A stretch of 64,000 bases of DNA from assembly GCA_030141605.1 (NCBI GenBank), contig JAQGDQ010000006.1, positions 1,054,001 to 1,118,000 on the forward strand. The letters are read 5' to 3'. Every line of letters begins with the position of its first letter. The stretch's first letter is position 1. Origin of the DNA: Tubiluchus corallicola (taxonomy: Eukaryota; Animalia; Priapulida). The translations under genes were made by a program, and so were the position numbers. Positions 14,356 through 42,165 of the stretch are shown one piece after another. The notes under the pieces are model-generated. The model saw only the letters and a program-made list of their open reading frames with translations, did no database searches and was not told the origin of the DNA.

Positions 14356-15254
14356 TAGGGGTGTTCAAGATTTGGGATGGGAGGGCGGTTTGGGTCGGGA
14401 TCAGGAGTTCGGGACCGGGATTCGGGATGTTATTGAGTTCCAGGTCGGGATTTTTTGGGGTTCGGGATCAAGTGGTGGGATAGAGGTTTCTGACCTCAAA
14501 CCATAAACATAGTTATCAGTAAATGAATATAAGAAAATTACAGCGAAACTTTGCCTCCACCCAGATAATATTAATAAATGTGACATGATTCACCCTGCTC
14601 ATACATTCAAACAATGCTCGATTTTGACTATCTCATATTTCATTTTAAGCAGTATGGCCTCAAAAATTCAATAGTCACAGATTTACTCCATTAATTAGTA
14701 TTTCAACAAGTAACTTTGAAATTGAAAGTTATACAAATTATTTACAGGTGTTTGGTAGATATTGCCAACTGATTAAAAAACATTATCTGCTTGGGCAATA
14801 TTTAGGTAGGAAAGATACTGGTAGTACTGAGACAAAAATAACACAAAATATTTTTCATAAATTGTTCTAACATTATTGCAAATACACCTTCCAGAAGCGT
14901 CACACTCATACTAGGCCGAATGCGCCCTATATGCCGTGAAAGGCTAATCGTGCATTTACTTTAAACTACTTATACGACATTTTTAAAAATAGCATGATGC
15001 AGTTATGGTTAATAAAATCTCAATAAACAATAGGAAACTGAGAAATTTAAGAGATGAATAACTTGGCAAATGCTTCATTTTTTTCACATGCTTAAAAAGC
15101 TCAAAGTAAACGTTATTTTTCAAATATTACAAACTTTTAAAGTTCGGGGTCGGGACGGGATGGAAGTTTGGTAACGGCATTCGGGATGTGACAAAACTTC
15201 AGGATTGAGATTCGGGGGTCAAGATCATAACGATCCCGATCTTGAACACCCCTA
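14356..15254. mobile_element. Non-autonomous hAT-type DNA transposon (MITE), ~900 bp
   Basis: Perfect 16-bp terminal inverted repeats TAGGGGTGTTCAAGAT (14356-14371) / ATCTTGAACACCCCTA (15239-15254). Flanking 8-mers atggaaga / ctagaaga (6/8 identical, a decayed 8-bp TSD). Clusters of subterminal CGGGA motifs at both ends; AT-rich non-coding interior. Confidence 0.85.
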
Positions 15255-17049
15255 CTAGAAGAACAATTGTTTTTTATCAAACTGCAGGTATATGTCTCGC
15301 TATTCACATAACAGTATTTTAACTCACAATTTCCGATACATGCAACCCCTACATCACACATTAAAGAGCCGGGTCACATACCCAAATTTATCGCATTGCA
15401 CAGGGATGTTATAAATGCAAACATTTTCGTAACACCAGTGGATCAATGGGATATGAAAAAAATGGATTCATTTGCATTTTTGTAACTTACTTATTACAAC
15501 TATCCTTTGATGATGTATCAAAAGTATGCCCTTAGCAGATAAAGTACAAAAAAGATTACTATACGTACGCAAAAGAAGTTCAGCACTACACTGTCTGCAG
15601 ATGTTGGAAAAATCTTCTGCATATTTTTGTCACTCTCTGCAAAAAAATCCAAACGGTAAACAATCCATATTGAGAAAAAGGCTGTTTTTCAGTCTCCCCT
15701 TGCCTACAAAACGTGCTATACTGCTTCACTGCGTTCAACCAATACTAACAAAAGTTTTTGCTTGTTTCAAACAATCAGTTACACTTAACTCTCCAACTTT
15801 GAATTTCGTGGTACAATACTGCACGTAACTCTGCCATTGTATAAAGCAGTTCAAAAAATAAACTTTGTTAAAATAAAAGGCATTATAGTTTGTAGGAGGA
15901 ATTACATTGCTATTCAGGGGGTATGTTTCTTCAAGAAAAAAGGTTAATCTTTAGACCTTAGCTCATTTTGGGCTATGGAGCAAATATATATTTTTACAAT
16001 AACCTCCCATAACTGCCAAAATGTTGTCTTATATTTAAATAATACGTAAAAGTTAGAAACTTAATAATTTCCCATGACTGCAACCAGCAATAGATCGCAA
16101 AGTAGCAATCATCATTGGGTACAGTTAGCCATTTTCTACGTAGAATATGCACATATTTGCCAATGAGAGGATTGCAGTACTATTCAGCAAATTTTGAATT
16201 TGCACTTTCAAATTTCAAGTTCATATATTCTGAACTGAAGGATGATTTCACAAGGCTATTTGATGCCCAAGACTGGTTTATGCAGCTTATCCGTTCATTT
16301 AATCCAGTTCAGCATGCCCTATTGTTACTCAAAACATTCCCGGGAAGCAGATGACATTGTTGCCCATCTAAGGAAGCAAGGCTATCATAGTTGCCCATCT
16401 ATGAGCAAGCAACAGTGATGAACTACCGAAATTAGACATCCAGTGAGAAAACTGTTCAACTTCGGATCATAATAGGTGTTGTTCTGTTTACCTCATAGAG
16501 ACAGGACATATCACATGGCTGTAACACCTTTGCTGGTCCAGTGGCTCATCTTAGAGGTACAACCTTAATAATGAGTCAGGTTTTGGCCTCGCCATAAACA
16601 CCGAATTTCGGGAGTAGATTGTAGACCCGGCTTGCAGTACACCAAATTGTGTATATTACAGAAAATGCGTAAAAATTAGACATTTTGAAAAAATTTTATC
16701 ATGTAATATATCAAATGAAAGGCCTGGATGAGACAAAGCGAATTATATAAGTTTTGCTGATTTTGGTGGATGCTAGACCTCAAGGTCACAGGCTAAAAAT
16801 AAGAATGTTCAATTTCAGTATGGAATGTTTAAGGGAGTTTTATAGTTCTTTAGAAAGAAAAAGAGCTGGGCTACAAGACGATATAAGTTTTTACAAAAGA
16901 CAGTTAGATGAACGCAAATATTGACTGATTAATTACAGGATAAATAGCACAAACTTCAACTGAGCTCATGCACAAATATGCATGACTAAACTGGGTGCCA
17001 CTTTTCAACTATAGTGGTAAATAAATGCAGCACATTTGTGCTAATCGAA

Positions 17050-17110
17050 TCAACCTAGCGTATAGCGTGTTGGATTTACATGTAGAAACTGTGGGTTCAA
17101 ACCCCAGTTA
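17050..17110 (+). repeat. Possible decayed tRNA-derived SINE head
   Basis: B-box-like GGGTTCAAACCC at ~17093-17104 preceded by tagcgtatagcgtgttggat; no intact cloverleaf. Confidence 0.25.
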
Positions 17111-17799
17111 AAGGATTTTGCTGCATATGTTTTTACCTCCTTTTTCAACTCACACTGTTTAAACAGTCTGTAAGATGCTTCTGCCAGGTTTTGCTATTTT
17201 CCAAATTTAAAATAATATTGATTTGTATTTTCCTTAAAATTGGTTTGAATGTGCTAACGTTATTGATGTTATAAATGCTATTGATAATAAAATTAACCAC
17301 TATGCAACTTTCCAAAAACTCGCTAATAACTGGAGAAGGAAATGCCTGTGTGGTCACATTGTGTGCTTGCTTACAAAGAAAAGCAAAACAAGCCTTAGTT
17401 AATAATTAGATTGGTGAATGACCACTTGCCAAAAAATTACACTTTCCAATTTAGTAAAACGAAATGCAATTCCTAAGTTCTCAAACATGGCGAATTCAAC
17501 AGAGGCAATATTATGTCCTTTACAGCCTTGAGTTACGCACCACTGATGAAAAAGAGCCAAATTCCAATTTCACTGAAGCTTTTAATGTCAACCACAACAG
17601 TACATAAAGCAACTCCTGTCACAGAAGCAGAATCTTGCAACAGTTTTTGACACAGTCAAAAATGGCCATTAGTTTATGTATTGCTTTAGTATTGTACTGA
17701 ACGCATAAAATAATTTAGTCAATGTATTCAACTTAGCAAGCAGTTCAAGAAAATCTGTGAGTCAACTGTTTTATTAACAGTGGATGTAATATCACCATC

Positions 17800-18672
17800 T
17801 CTGACAAGTCCCTTGACCAGGTGGACCACTTTCCATACACATAAAGAGTGATCACCAATAAATGTGCTTCCAAATAAGGTATATCCATCAACTTGGAGCA
17901 ACTTTGAGAAACTTAAGAAACAGGTCTTTAGGAACAAATATTTAAATGAAATATATATTTATTTACATAAAAATGAAAGTCATGGTCTACCAAGCAAGCA
18001 TCGTCTCAACTTCGTCCTACCGTCATCTCAATTTTGCTTTACGGCTGCAAAACTTGGACTCTTTATTATCGTGAAATCAAATAGCTTGAAAGCTTCCACC
18101 AGCAAAAACTCCACTCTATCCCGAACATTAAACGTGACTAGTACATGTCCAGCATTGATATCCTTGAACAGCAAACCTTGATATCCATGAGTCAGTGCAT
18201 CATGTCCACCATCGTGGAATACTGTCAGTGATTGTGATTGCTGGACAGGACGTCTCATCAGAATACTCGAGACTAGGTTCCTCATAAAAATTACCTTCAG
18301 TGAACTCACAACTGGTAAAACACCAAGAAGATGCCCTCTTCATTGTTATAAAAACCAACTGAAAGCCACTCTCAAACAAAGAAGAATACTCAAAACATTC
18401 GAAAACCAAGCCAGCTGGATTCCAACTGACATTGGCTCATCCACAACAAAACCCGACATTTCGAAACCAAAAGGAAAGAAAAAATGCAAAAGGGCAAGAT
18501 CAAGATTCAGCCACCAACTCTTGAATGCCAACCATCGATTGGTTTCCTGAGAAATCAACCTCACCACCTGCACAGAAGAGGAATGATGTGCAGACATGAC
18601 ATCTCGATAAAGACATTTGGACGTGATCCATGATGCTTCACTACTTAACCTGCTTCACTACTACTACTACTC
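17800..18672 (+). mobile_element. Decayed 3' fragment of an RTE-clade LINE
   Basis: Across frameshifts and stops it reads ..KVMVYQAS..ILLYGCKTWTLY..LESFHQQKL..WTGRLIRI..KITFSELTTG..CYKNQLKATLK, matching the RTE C-terminal pattern (LLYGCETW, WAGH..RM, YKD.LK). Ends in a (CTA)n tail near 18658-18671. Confidence 0.75.
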
Positions 18673-19129
18673 ACTCTTAATGATGAACTTAAATTCTCTG
18701 ATTCAAGAAAAGGCCAATGGAAAAATGAACAAATGTATTTACAAATTTCCAAGCACGCTGAAACATGACATAACTGGTCTTATATAAAATGCCTAGGTCA
18801 TTTATATCGAAGCAACTGATAGTAGATCCATGATCATGGCATGTTTTTCACATATCAGTAAAGTTTAAACTAGGAAGATCGGAGCGGTCTAAAAGCCAAT
18901 TAAATAGCTTAAACTCTAGACAGCAACGGTAACGGTAAAGGTAATCACTGACTGTGATGCAGATAAAAATTACAAAAAAAATCCCTAGGAATGTGGCAAC
19001 GTTGGATCTGGTTTTTATGGTGTCCAATTATTGTCCATAATATTTTTGGACCTAGGCATCTATCTAAACAATATTAAAGTGTCCGTCTCGGCTTTAGTTT
19101 GTCTGACAATAAAGCAAGGCATCTGTCAG

Positions 19130-20350
19130 GCCTCTTACATCTGACAACTTAGACACTGCGTCAATTTTTTCTTTGCCCATAATAAGTACACAATGCACGC
19201 AGTGTGTATCCAGCCAGTTTGATAATTATTTAAATAAACTGGATATCCTAACTAAGTAAGAATCAGTTCGGATTCCTTAAAGGCAGCTCTACAGAAATGG
19301 CTTTAATTAGTGCTGTAATTGGTTGATTGATGCTACAGAGATAAAAATTCAATCACAACAGGTGTCTTTTGCGATCTTTCCAAAGCATTTGGCAATGTTG
19401 ACCAAAGCAGTTTAGTTACATAAATGACCATTTTACGGTGTTAGAAACATTGCGAATAAATGATTTAATAGTTATCGGAAAAAAATCGTACGCAGTGTGT
19501 GAGATACAATGTGATATCAAGCCCCCACAAAGTGTAAATATTGGAGTGCCACAAGGCTCGGTGATTGTACATAAACTTTTCTTACTCTATATTAATGATC
19601 TATGTAAAACAAATGACTTAATAGGCCCTATAGTTAACTCAGTTTGCAGACGATACTGTGATTTTCTTCAATATCAGTAACTTTTCATTTGATATAATAA
19701 ATCAGCAGTGTTACAAATTGGTTTAAAGCTAATAAACTCTCTCTGAATCCCACAAAATATCGCCAGAATATTATAATATTTCTATTGATGATACAAGTAG
19801 AGAAATAGTTAGTCAAATCAAATTTTTGGATATTATTCTTCACGAAAATCTTGACTGGAATTTTCACATATACGACCAGACTTAAAATAGCTAAAAATAT
19901 AAGTATAATAAGATAATATACAATCAACGCTTTCTAACTTTATTTCACTTAATAATTTTATATAGCACACTAATCTTACCATATCCTTCCTATGTAAATA
20001 TACTTTTGAGATAGTACTTATAAGACTAACTTGAATCCACTGCAACTTAAATGTACATACAGTCCAAATTCAATTCAGTTACTAAATCATGCTATATTGT
20101 AGAGAACTAATAAATGATGATTTAATTTCTTTTAACACTGCGACTAACAATGACCTATTCCTTACTTCAAGAATCTTGTAATTAAGAATGTCAAATAACA
20201 TAATACTTGATATTTAATGACCACTAACTCAGATACTGTAGAACCAATATTGCAAAACATTTCATTAGCTATATCGGATTTAAACTGTGGAAATCTTGAC
20301 TGAAGTGCCGGCATAACATTTATCACTTCAAATCATTAGTTAAACAATCT
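19130..20350 (+). mobile_element. Decayed CR1/L2-type LINE reverse transcriptase fragment
   Basis: NQFGFLKGSSTEMAL (~19261), GVFCDLSKAFGNVD (~19361), GVPQGSVI..LFLLYINDL (ORF 19438-19680) and FADDT (~19643), with many stops and frameshifts. Confidence 0.85.
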
Positions 20351-22239
20351 GTTTGCTACTTATATAAATTAGTCACCAAAACCAACTATTGTTCCTGTGA
20401 AACACACCAGTCATAACCTCGTGTTATGTACAACTTTACTCACTTTTTTGTTCTATTTTTCAATTATTATTTGGCCATGCTCACAGTGGCGCAAGCACCT
20501 AACAAGTTTTTACTTCTGGTTTTTTGATGTTCTTTTGAGTGCAATGCTAAATAGCCCTGAACTTTGGTCGAGAAATTTGGAGAAAAATTAGAAATCATTC
20601 AAGCAAGTGAATCAACAACATATTAAGGATTAGTAACTGAATTAGGAATATGGCCACTAAAACATAAAGTAAATTACAGAAGACTGATGTTTTATAGGAA
20701 TTTACTAATTAGTAAGTCAGAGATTAGCATCAGAAGAGCTACAAATGCATTTAAACAATGCACTGGTCGTGGTACAATGAAGTAGCTGAGGCTGCAAGAA
20801 AATATAACACAGATGCTGATCAGGAATGGGTGAAGATCATGAAGAAGTATAAATGGAAAAATGAAAAATAGTAAGACTGAATGTTTCATAATGACTGTGC
20901 AGAAAAATACATTAACAGTACTAAATTAAGATTTTTAAAACAAATTAAGACAAACTTACACATAGACACATGCAAACCATAATAGGTTAAAGATTGAAAA
21001 TAAAGCTGAATATAATAAAAGTTAAAGGAAACTACAAGTATGAGTTCAAGAATCAACTATTATATGCTCAGTGTGCAAGGAAGAAGATGACACGTCACTG
21101 AACTTTTGCTTAAATGCAGCAGATGTGGAGAATGGAAAAAAATGAACTTAGATATATTACTCAACAGTGAAAAAGAAAGATTGTTAAAGTCAGAAATCTA
21201 TTGAACGAATATGTGGAATACAAAACAAAGACAAATAAACACATTAAAGTGGGAAAAGTAAAATAAAGATAGTTGTAAGTTGAAATAGAGACTTCGCACC
21301 TTATGAGGTGCCCGCCTTTGACAGGTGGAGTCGAGCATCGTAACTGCAATCGCAATCTTGCTACCAATGATATATGCATGCTGTCATATAATAATCATTA
21401 ATACTAACTGTATATTTTTTCATATTTTCCATAGATTGTATAACTGTATTTCCAAATAGACAAATTCATAAAAATTACATCTGCATAGCTCGTCAAAAAT
21501 AACCTGCTTAGTAACTACTTCAATTACTTTATTAGAACATGTTAATCAAGAAAGCTAGTTCTAAATTTATTTACAACCAATTTTACAATAACTAACTTAC
21601 AGTTTTGTATTTCACAATAACTTTATAGCACATTAACAACTTTGAACGTTCAATTATTTATCATCAAACTTTATGGTGAGCTCCGGTAAGCAAACATACT
21701 GTGTTTTGCTGCTTGTTGCGCCATCTGTAGGAAGTTTCTTAGTAATGTTTTTCACAGACATATAGTAGCGCAGTTAAATTAATTTTATTATATTGAATGT
21801 TTTTGCCTTAACTACAGGACTTCGGCGGGTGAGCAAAACATCGTATAATAATGCAGAAAATAAACCGTTGACTGGAAAATCACTAATAAAACTTAGGCGA
21901 ACTTCAGAAAAAATGATGAACAACGCTAAAATTTAAAAACTTCGGATTTTTAATTTAAAGGTAATTAATACGTTTAGTTTGAAAGCACGGTCACAATGTA
22001 AGATGTGAACGACCATAAAGAATATCACAATAATTTGAACTAGTATCTTTACCATGTTTTCTGGTGAAAAATACAGCCTTTGCAATTTTTTATTTTTCTT
22101 TACTTGTCCTGGATCCAGACTTTTTACAGTTTCTGAAGTGTATTTAACATTTGACCGCAAACCTTATTATCTTTTTCGAAAATCAATGTTTCTTTTTTGT
22201 TTTTTACTGCAAATATTAAAATGAAACAAAAACACAATA

Positions 22240-25200
22240 ATTAGCAATCACAAATGTTCTTTATTGACCCTGTTTGCGCGCATACATGCTGCCAGGCATA
22301 ACAGCCATTGCACTATTAACACAATTTAGGTGGCTAGTTGCTATTAATTAATTAGAAATTAGAGATACAAGTAGCTGCTTATGTTTTTCTTTATTCTTGT
22401 TATTAATCAAAAATTCACTATTCAAATGAGTTTACAGTCCATAATTAAAAACATTCAACTGTTAAAAACCTCGGCTAACAAAGGGTCCTGATATGACCCC
22501 AATCACTCATAAAAACCAATCATAATTATATTAACAATAATTCAGCAAGTAAGACATATTTACAAAATCATTTATGTACAAAACGAAAGAAATACTGCAA
22601 GCAAAGTCTGCAAAAGTGACGAAGCCACATCTGGTAACCCTACCAGCAGAATACTTATATTTAATAATAATCACATATGCTCACCAAAGTGCTACCCTGG
22701 CTCTAAACACTAATAACAAATTGAATGCAGCTAGGCCAAATTGTACATGAAAAAGTCATTGCAATAATAATGAATACTCCTATCTCTCTTCATAATATAA
22801 AGGACATCCTTAATTTCTTCAGTTTCACAAAAATGTAATTTCTTCGTTATTGACCTAAAAATCAAGAAAACAAGGTGCAGATCAAGGTTCTATTTAAACA
22901 CAAACCACAAAGAGAACTGCTATTTTGTTCCAGTCACTACACAGAAGCAACATACACTCTTATCTTCTTCAGTGGAACAAGTGACAAATGTATTATATTG
23001 TAATTTTATGTAAGTAAGACTACACACACACACATATATATATATATAAATATATATATGGTAACAGCAACGGTAACACGGTATAGCAGACATAGATATG
23101 ACCGTTTTCACCTAATTTACCATTTTATGCAGTTACAATTTAGTATAATATAACAATTAGGATAATATATTCTATACATCTCTGTACATTAACTGCCCAG
23201 AACACAAGAAAGCAATATTGTAAATCATAATTTGAAAACAATTCTGTATACGAGACAAAAAATTAATCCAAGAACATTTCGATGTATCAGCTAGCGCAGT
23301 TAAATCAGCTATAATTCCTTTCTTCCACAATAATTGCCACAAGAAAAAACAATGGCTTCATTCAATATCTACATGCACATTAATAATAATATCTCTTTAT
23401 TTCATGTGTATTTATAAATAGCACTTAAAACAAATTTATTAAAAAAATACCTCTGCTATCCCCATGCTATAGAAATTTGTACAATATAATAATTATAGAT
23501 AAAAGATGCGGATATTAATTCCACCCAAAGGGGCATTTAAAAATCTCATTGGTTAAATTTTTTAATAAAGCAACTTCATTAAAATAAAATCAAATGCAGA
23601 CTATGTAACAGCTAGTAGACGTCTGGTTGGCCAAGCTGGCAGTTATCATACCAAAGGCACTTGTTCTAATATCCACACAGTCAGGCTTACAAACCTATGT
23701 TCAAAATCACAATTACTACTAATTTCGTGGATTTCCACTGCCCTGCAAATAGTATTACAGCATTTCATTTCTGCCCACAAAGTCTTGTTTTTTGGAATCT
23801 ATATCTCATAACTACATTCTATGTGTATTCCTAGTGATAGCTATGTGATTCATATCACTGCATCCAATTGCAGCAAACCCAATAATTCTGCCGTAACATA
23901 AATTCCACACATCTGCCCACAATAATAATAATAGAGAAAGACATCACAGTCTAATGCATGGATAATAAAAACAACAAACCCAAAATGCGTAGACGTCATG
24001 TATCTGATGAGTCCATGCTAGATGGTTATTCTAGATGGCAGCACACAACAATATCGTCCTACCACCAAATGTACAGCGGCTGTTAGTTTTCCGAAGAAAT
24101 GTTTACAACACCTTAAACGTTACATTCAGAAACATCAATTGCAGCTTCCGGACAACATATTTTTTATACTAACAGCAGCTGCTACTACTGACAAGTGCAA
24201 TACTACTACCATTGTCTGGCGTAGACCAGGCAATCTGCAGAAGTATGCAGGCAAAATTGGATGCACATATCACAACCCAGCAAAAAGAATCAGTGTGCAT
24301 ATACGAAAACATATTACATGTGACAAATATAGCAGTTTAAAAACGGTGGCGAAACAGACTATTCCAACCAGTTACAATACATAAGTGATGTTGTAAAGCT
24401 AATGTGCACGTAATGCATGATCCATAATGTTTGATGCGTATTGACTTGTTTCCATGCGTCCATGAGTGCTATACATACTTTCTTTCCTCCATTTTTGGTT
24501 GCTGTTCGTGAAAGTTGGAAATAATAATTTTAAAGCCATGTCTCTGTCGATAAAGTGAACAAGATTTAACCACAGCAGTGGTATTAGCTTATCCCTGCAC
24601 TATTAAAAAGAACAAATCAAAAGAAAGCACGAGCTTTACTGGGGAGAGAACAATACGGCATTGAATTACCACTTAGTGAAGAAACTGCAACTAGATGCAA
24701 AACAACATAATCATGCACTTTTCTCTTTTTTCACCTCTCAAAAACTTAAATGGAAGAAATATTACTGTGTATAGGTTGTGCAGTGACCAAAACTCACCAG
24801 AACAGAAAGCCAATCAGCAAAAATAGTCACCAGAAACTTGAAAATTCACTAAATCACCTAGGTAATAGCGGTTTCCCATCTGCATAATGCTGCGTGATGA
24901 GCATTCGGATGACAAGTATCACATTAAAGTGAATACAAATCACACATTACAGAATGCGCATTACGTACACAAGGAAACAACTTTCATGTATTTAAATACA
25001 AACTGTCGTATATGCATTACTCATCATGGATCACATTATGCGTACATGAAGTTCTACCTTAACAACAACTCTGTGTTATGAGAGAAACAATTTATTAAGT
25101 TTGATGATTAAATGAATGAAGGAGAGTGCAAACAAGTTACTAAAATGTGACGGTGTAGCTACAAAAAAGATTAAAGGATTCAACAACAAATGTCCACGGT

Positions 25201-25425
25201 TAACTACCGAATAAAGTACAACAATCCTACTTTTTACACAGTTCGTAATCATCTAAGTTTTCTCGGGAATCTACTATTTAAATCTGATCCATAGTGGTGA
25301 TTGTTCTAGAATGCATGTTGACTAATTCACAAAACACAACACTGTGTGGCTGATCACGGCTGCATAACAGAATCGATACCATCAGAACACACACTTTGAC
25401 TAATGGATGGCATGATGAGTGGAAT
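22240..25425 (-). other. Probable long 3' UTR of the EcR/NR1H gene
   Basis: Follows the stop codon with no recognisable transposons. Minus-strand AATAAA at 22265-22260 is followed by a GT/T-rich tract. Other AATAAA sites occur (e.g. ~23440, ~25095), so the true end is inferred. Confidence 0.5.
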
Positions 25426-39554
<14,129 letters not shown>

Positions 39555-42165
39555 GAGTCGAAGCAGCAAAGGTTCACAGGTTTTCTAGCCAAAGTGACCT
39601 GTCATTTGTTTGCCTAAGGATTGTCTGAAATAAAAAAATCTAATTAGTCATGTCCAGTCACAACGTCAAATACGCTATTAAAATTATAATTTGTTGTTGT
39701 TTAGTACCGACAGGTCTTTGTTAATGCAGTATTTTGAATTCAATTCGTAAACGGCTTCAAGTTGAGCAACAGCAGCTCTATTGATGAGAGTTTTTCTGAC
39801 AAAATTGCATAGCATTTAAATTATTTCTTTAATAAAACATACGATAATACAGTGAGCAACACACATTTGAAAACCATGAACACTTATTGAATTACTGCTC
39901 ATGTTTGTCAAGGTGCCATTAACAAACTGACAGATTAATAAAAAAATAACGAAAAACTGAGAAGACTCAAGAACCAAAGTTGAAATAACAAGACCAAAAG
40001 TTAGTGGCAATCGGCACTTAGATAAATGGTAATCTCACATAGCTTGTACACGAGATATTACCTAACTAATTTCTCAATGAAACCTAAAGGCTAGAGCTCT
40101 GTTAAAGTGGGAACCAGGTACACGTTTCAACTTTCCAGGTTTATTTGCAAACAACATTGATATGCGGGTCAAGCAAACATCGAGGTTTGCAGCACAAATA
40201 CACACAAGTGTTGCTTTACACATATCAGGTAGATTGAACTAGGGATTCTAGAAAAAAATATACTGAGTACGATCTGTATGATTACCATGACAAGAAGATA
40301 CCTCCTATTAACACAATTTTAAACTGCTCTGCCACTCGAACTACTAAATAATTTGGGACCGGATTACCTTAGAACTAAAGCATCACTGGCCTTAGTTAGA
40401 ATTTGGATAGGCGGCGGCAGGCGACAAAATCGGTTTGGCAAATCAATCGGTTCAGAAATTGTCACAGTAGAACTTAAATTCACTCCTGTTGTTCATCTTC
40501 GAAGTCAATCTCAGGTTTGAGTGCCACCTGACTTGTACGGGGTTCACTGGTGACACAAAAACAAACATGTGACGCCAAGATACAGCATTACAAGCAAGTA
40601 AGCAACATTCGAATTATCCAGCCAGCGCGGCAATGACCCCTTTCTGGATGACATAACAAGTTAAACGGTTGAAAAACCGGTCTTGTGCAATTTTATCTCC
40701 TTAAAAGTTCATCCCAAAATGGTGAATATCCGGTTGTCAATTTTGTAAGGTTACATTTGCTGTGTAGACGTGGATGCTGCTGACCTCGTTTGGCAACAAG
40801 CTGCCCCCATGGGCGCTTATTCAACAAGACAGGCGACCAAAACTACCAGTACCCAGAATAGCATCTGTGTCTACTCTGTTCACACCAGAGAAAGGCTTAT
40901 CGCAGGACCGTAAATAAAAACAACAAACACTTGCATAATCACAGCAAGAAAAGTGTACTCAGGGCTGGGATTGTCACTACAGTGACAGAGTACATTTGCG
41001 CTGACTACGATTACTATTACTCATTTGCGAGTAAAATGGTCTAAAAACCATTCAGGTTTGCTATTTCATCAAAAACATAGAAAGCGTGAATGTGGCATAA
41101 AGTACAAAGTGGCGTACTGTGGAAACTCGTTTTAGAACTAGCTAGAGTTATGCGGAAAATTGGAATAATTACACGAAACAGGGCCAAATTACACAAAAAG
41201 GGATCGCTGGCACATTGCGAGATTAGAATCAGGCATGATAATTACAAAAGTACCAATTCCTTAAGGCGGTCTATTAGTAATTAACTTTAAAGGGTGAGAG
41301 TTCTTCAAATCCCTGAGATGTTTCCGTGCGTCTGTACGAGGAAGTACAAAAATTAATAGCACAGCTATTTTTAAAATATAACGAAGATGTGAATAATTGC
41401 ACACATATTACCGAAACATTGATACATATAACATAATATCCTGTGGCGTTTTAAATAATTTTTTGCCACACTTATTGTTCATTTTATATTTAGATATTGC
41501 ACTATGTGTACACGTTTAAATTTAACCTGCCTTAAGGGGTATAAATATTTTAACTGTCTTCTTCCACTCGTCTCTTTATTCGCTTGTTGCAAATCGGTTT
41601 CTAACTTGCCTCGTCTAGTTCTTATGTAGGCCAAGCACTACAACATGTTATCTTGACTCCACAAAAATTAATAATGCCTTGAAGATTTTCCATATTGTAG
41701 CTTGCTTGCGTGTAGAAACCTACCCACGCGTTCAAAACAAAGACGGTATAATTTGCCGGGTCGTGATTGCATAATCAGCCAACATTCTAGTCAACAAGAA
41801 CAGCCATCATCACAGCGACTGTATTACATACAATTACAAAATGTTACTCAATATTATTGACTCTAATAATGAGAAGCAGCATTTCTAACTCGTAAGGAAA
41901 CGACATGAAGCCTATCAATAACCGAAAAAATTTGTTGTTTGATTGTGTAGCAATGCCGAAATAAGCGCATTTTCCCCCACGTCACGCAAATTATAATGCT
42001 ATCAGGTTGGTATTGAGTTTTGTGTATGAGTCGAAACAAGTTAAATCATGCGATTTGTTACATAAAAATAATAGTGCAAGAAAAACGAAATACTATTAAC
42101 ATGGCGACTGAGGCATAACACAGAAAGTTAGAGGAACACACTCGGCCGGGTATTAATAACGTTAC

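Noticed and set aside
17728-18597. Cluster of overlapping 69-105 aa ORFs
   Set aside because: Off-frame or antisense reads of a decayed RTE LINE.
21297-21312. Small hairpin GCACCT-TATG-AGGTGC
   Set aside because: A 6-bp stem is expected by chance and does not match the histone stem-loop or another motif I know.
24022-24384. 120-aa plus-strand ORF
   Set aside because: No recognisable motif or splice structure; lies antisense within the probable receptor 3' UTR.
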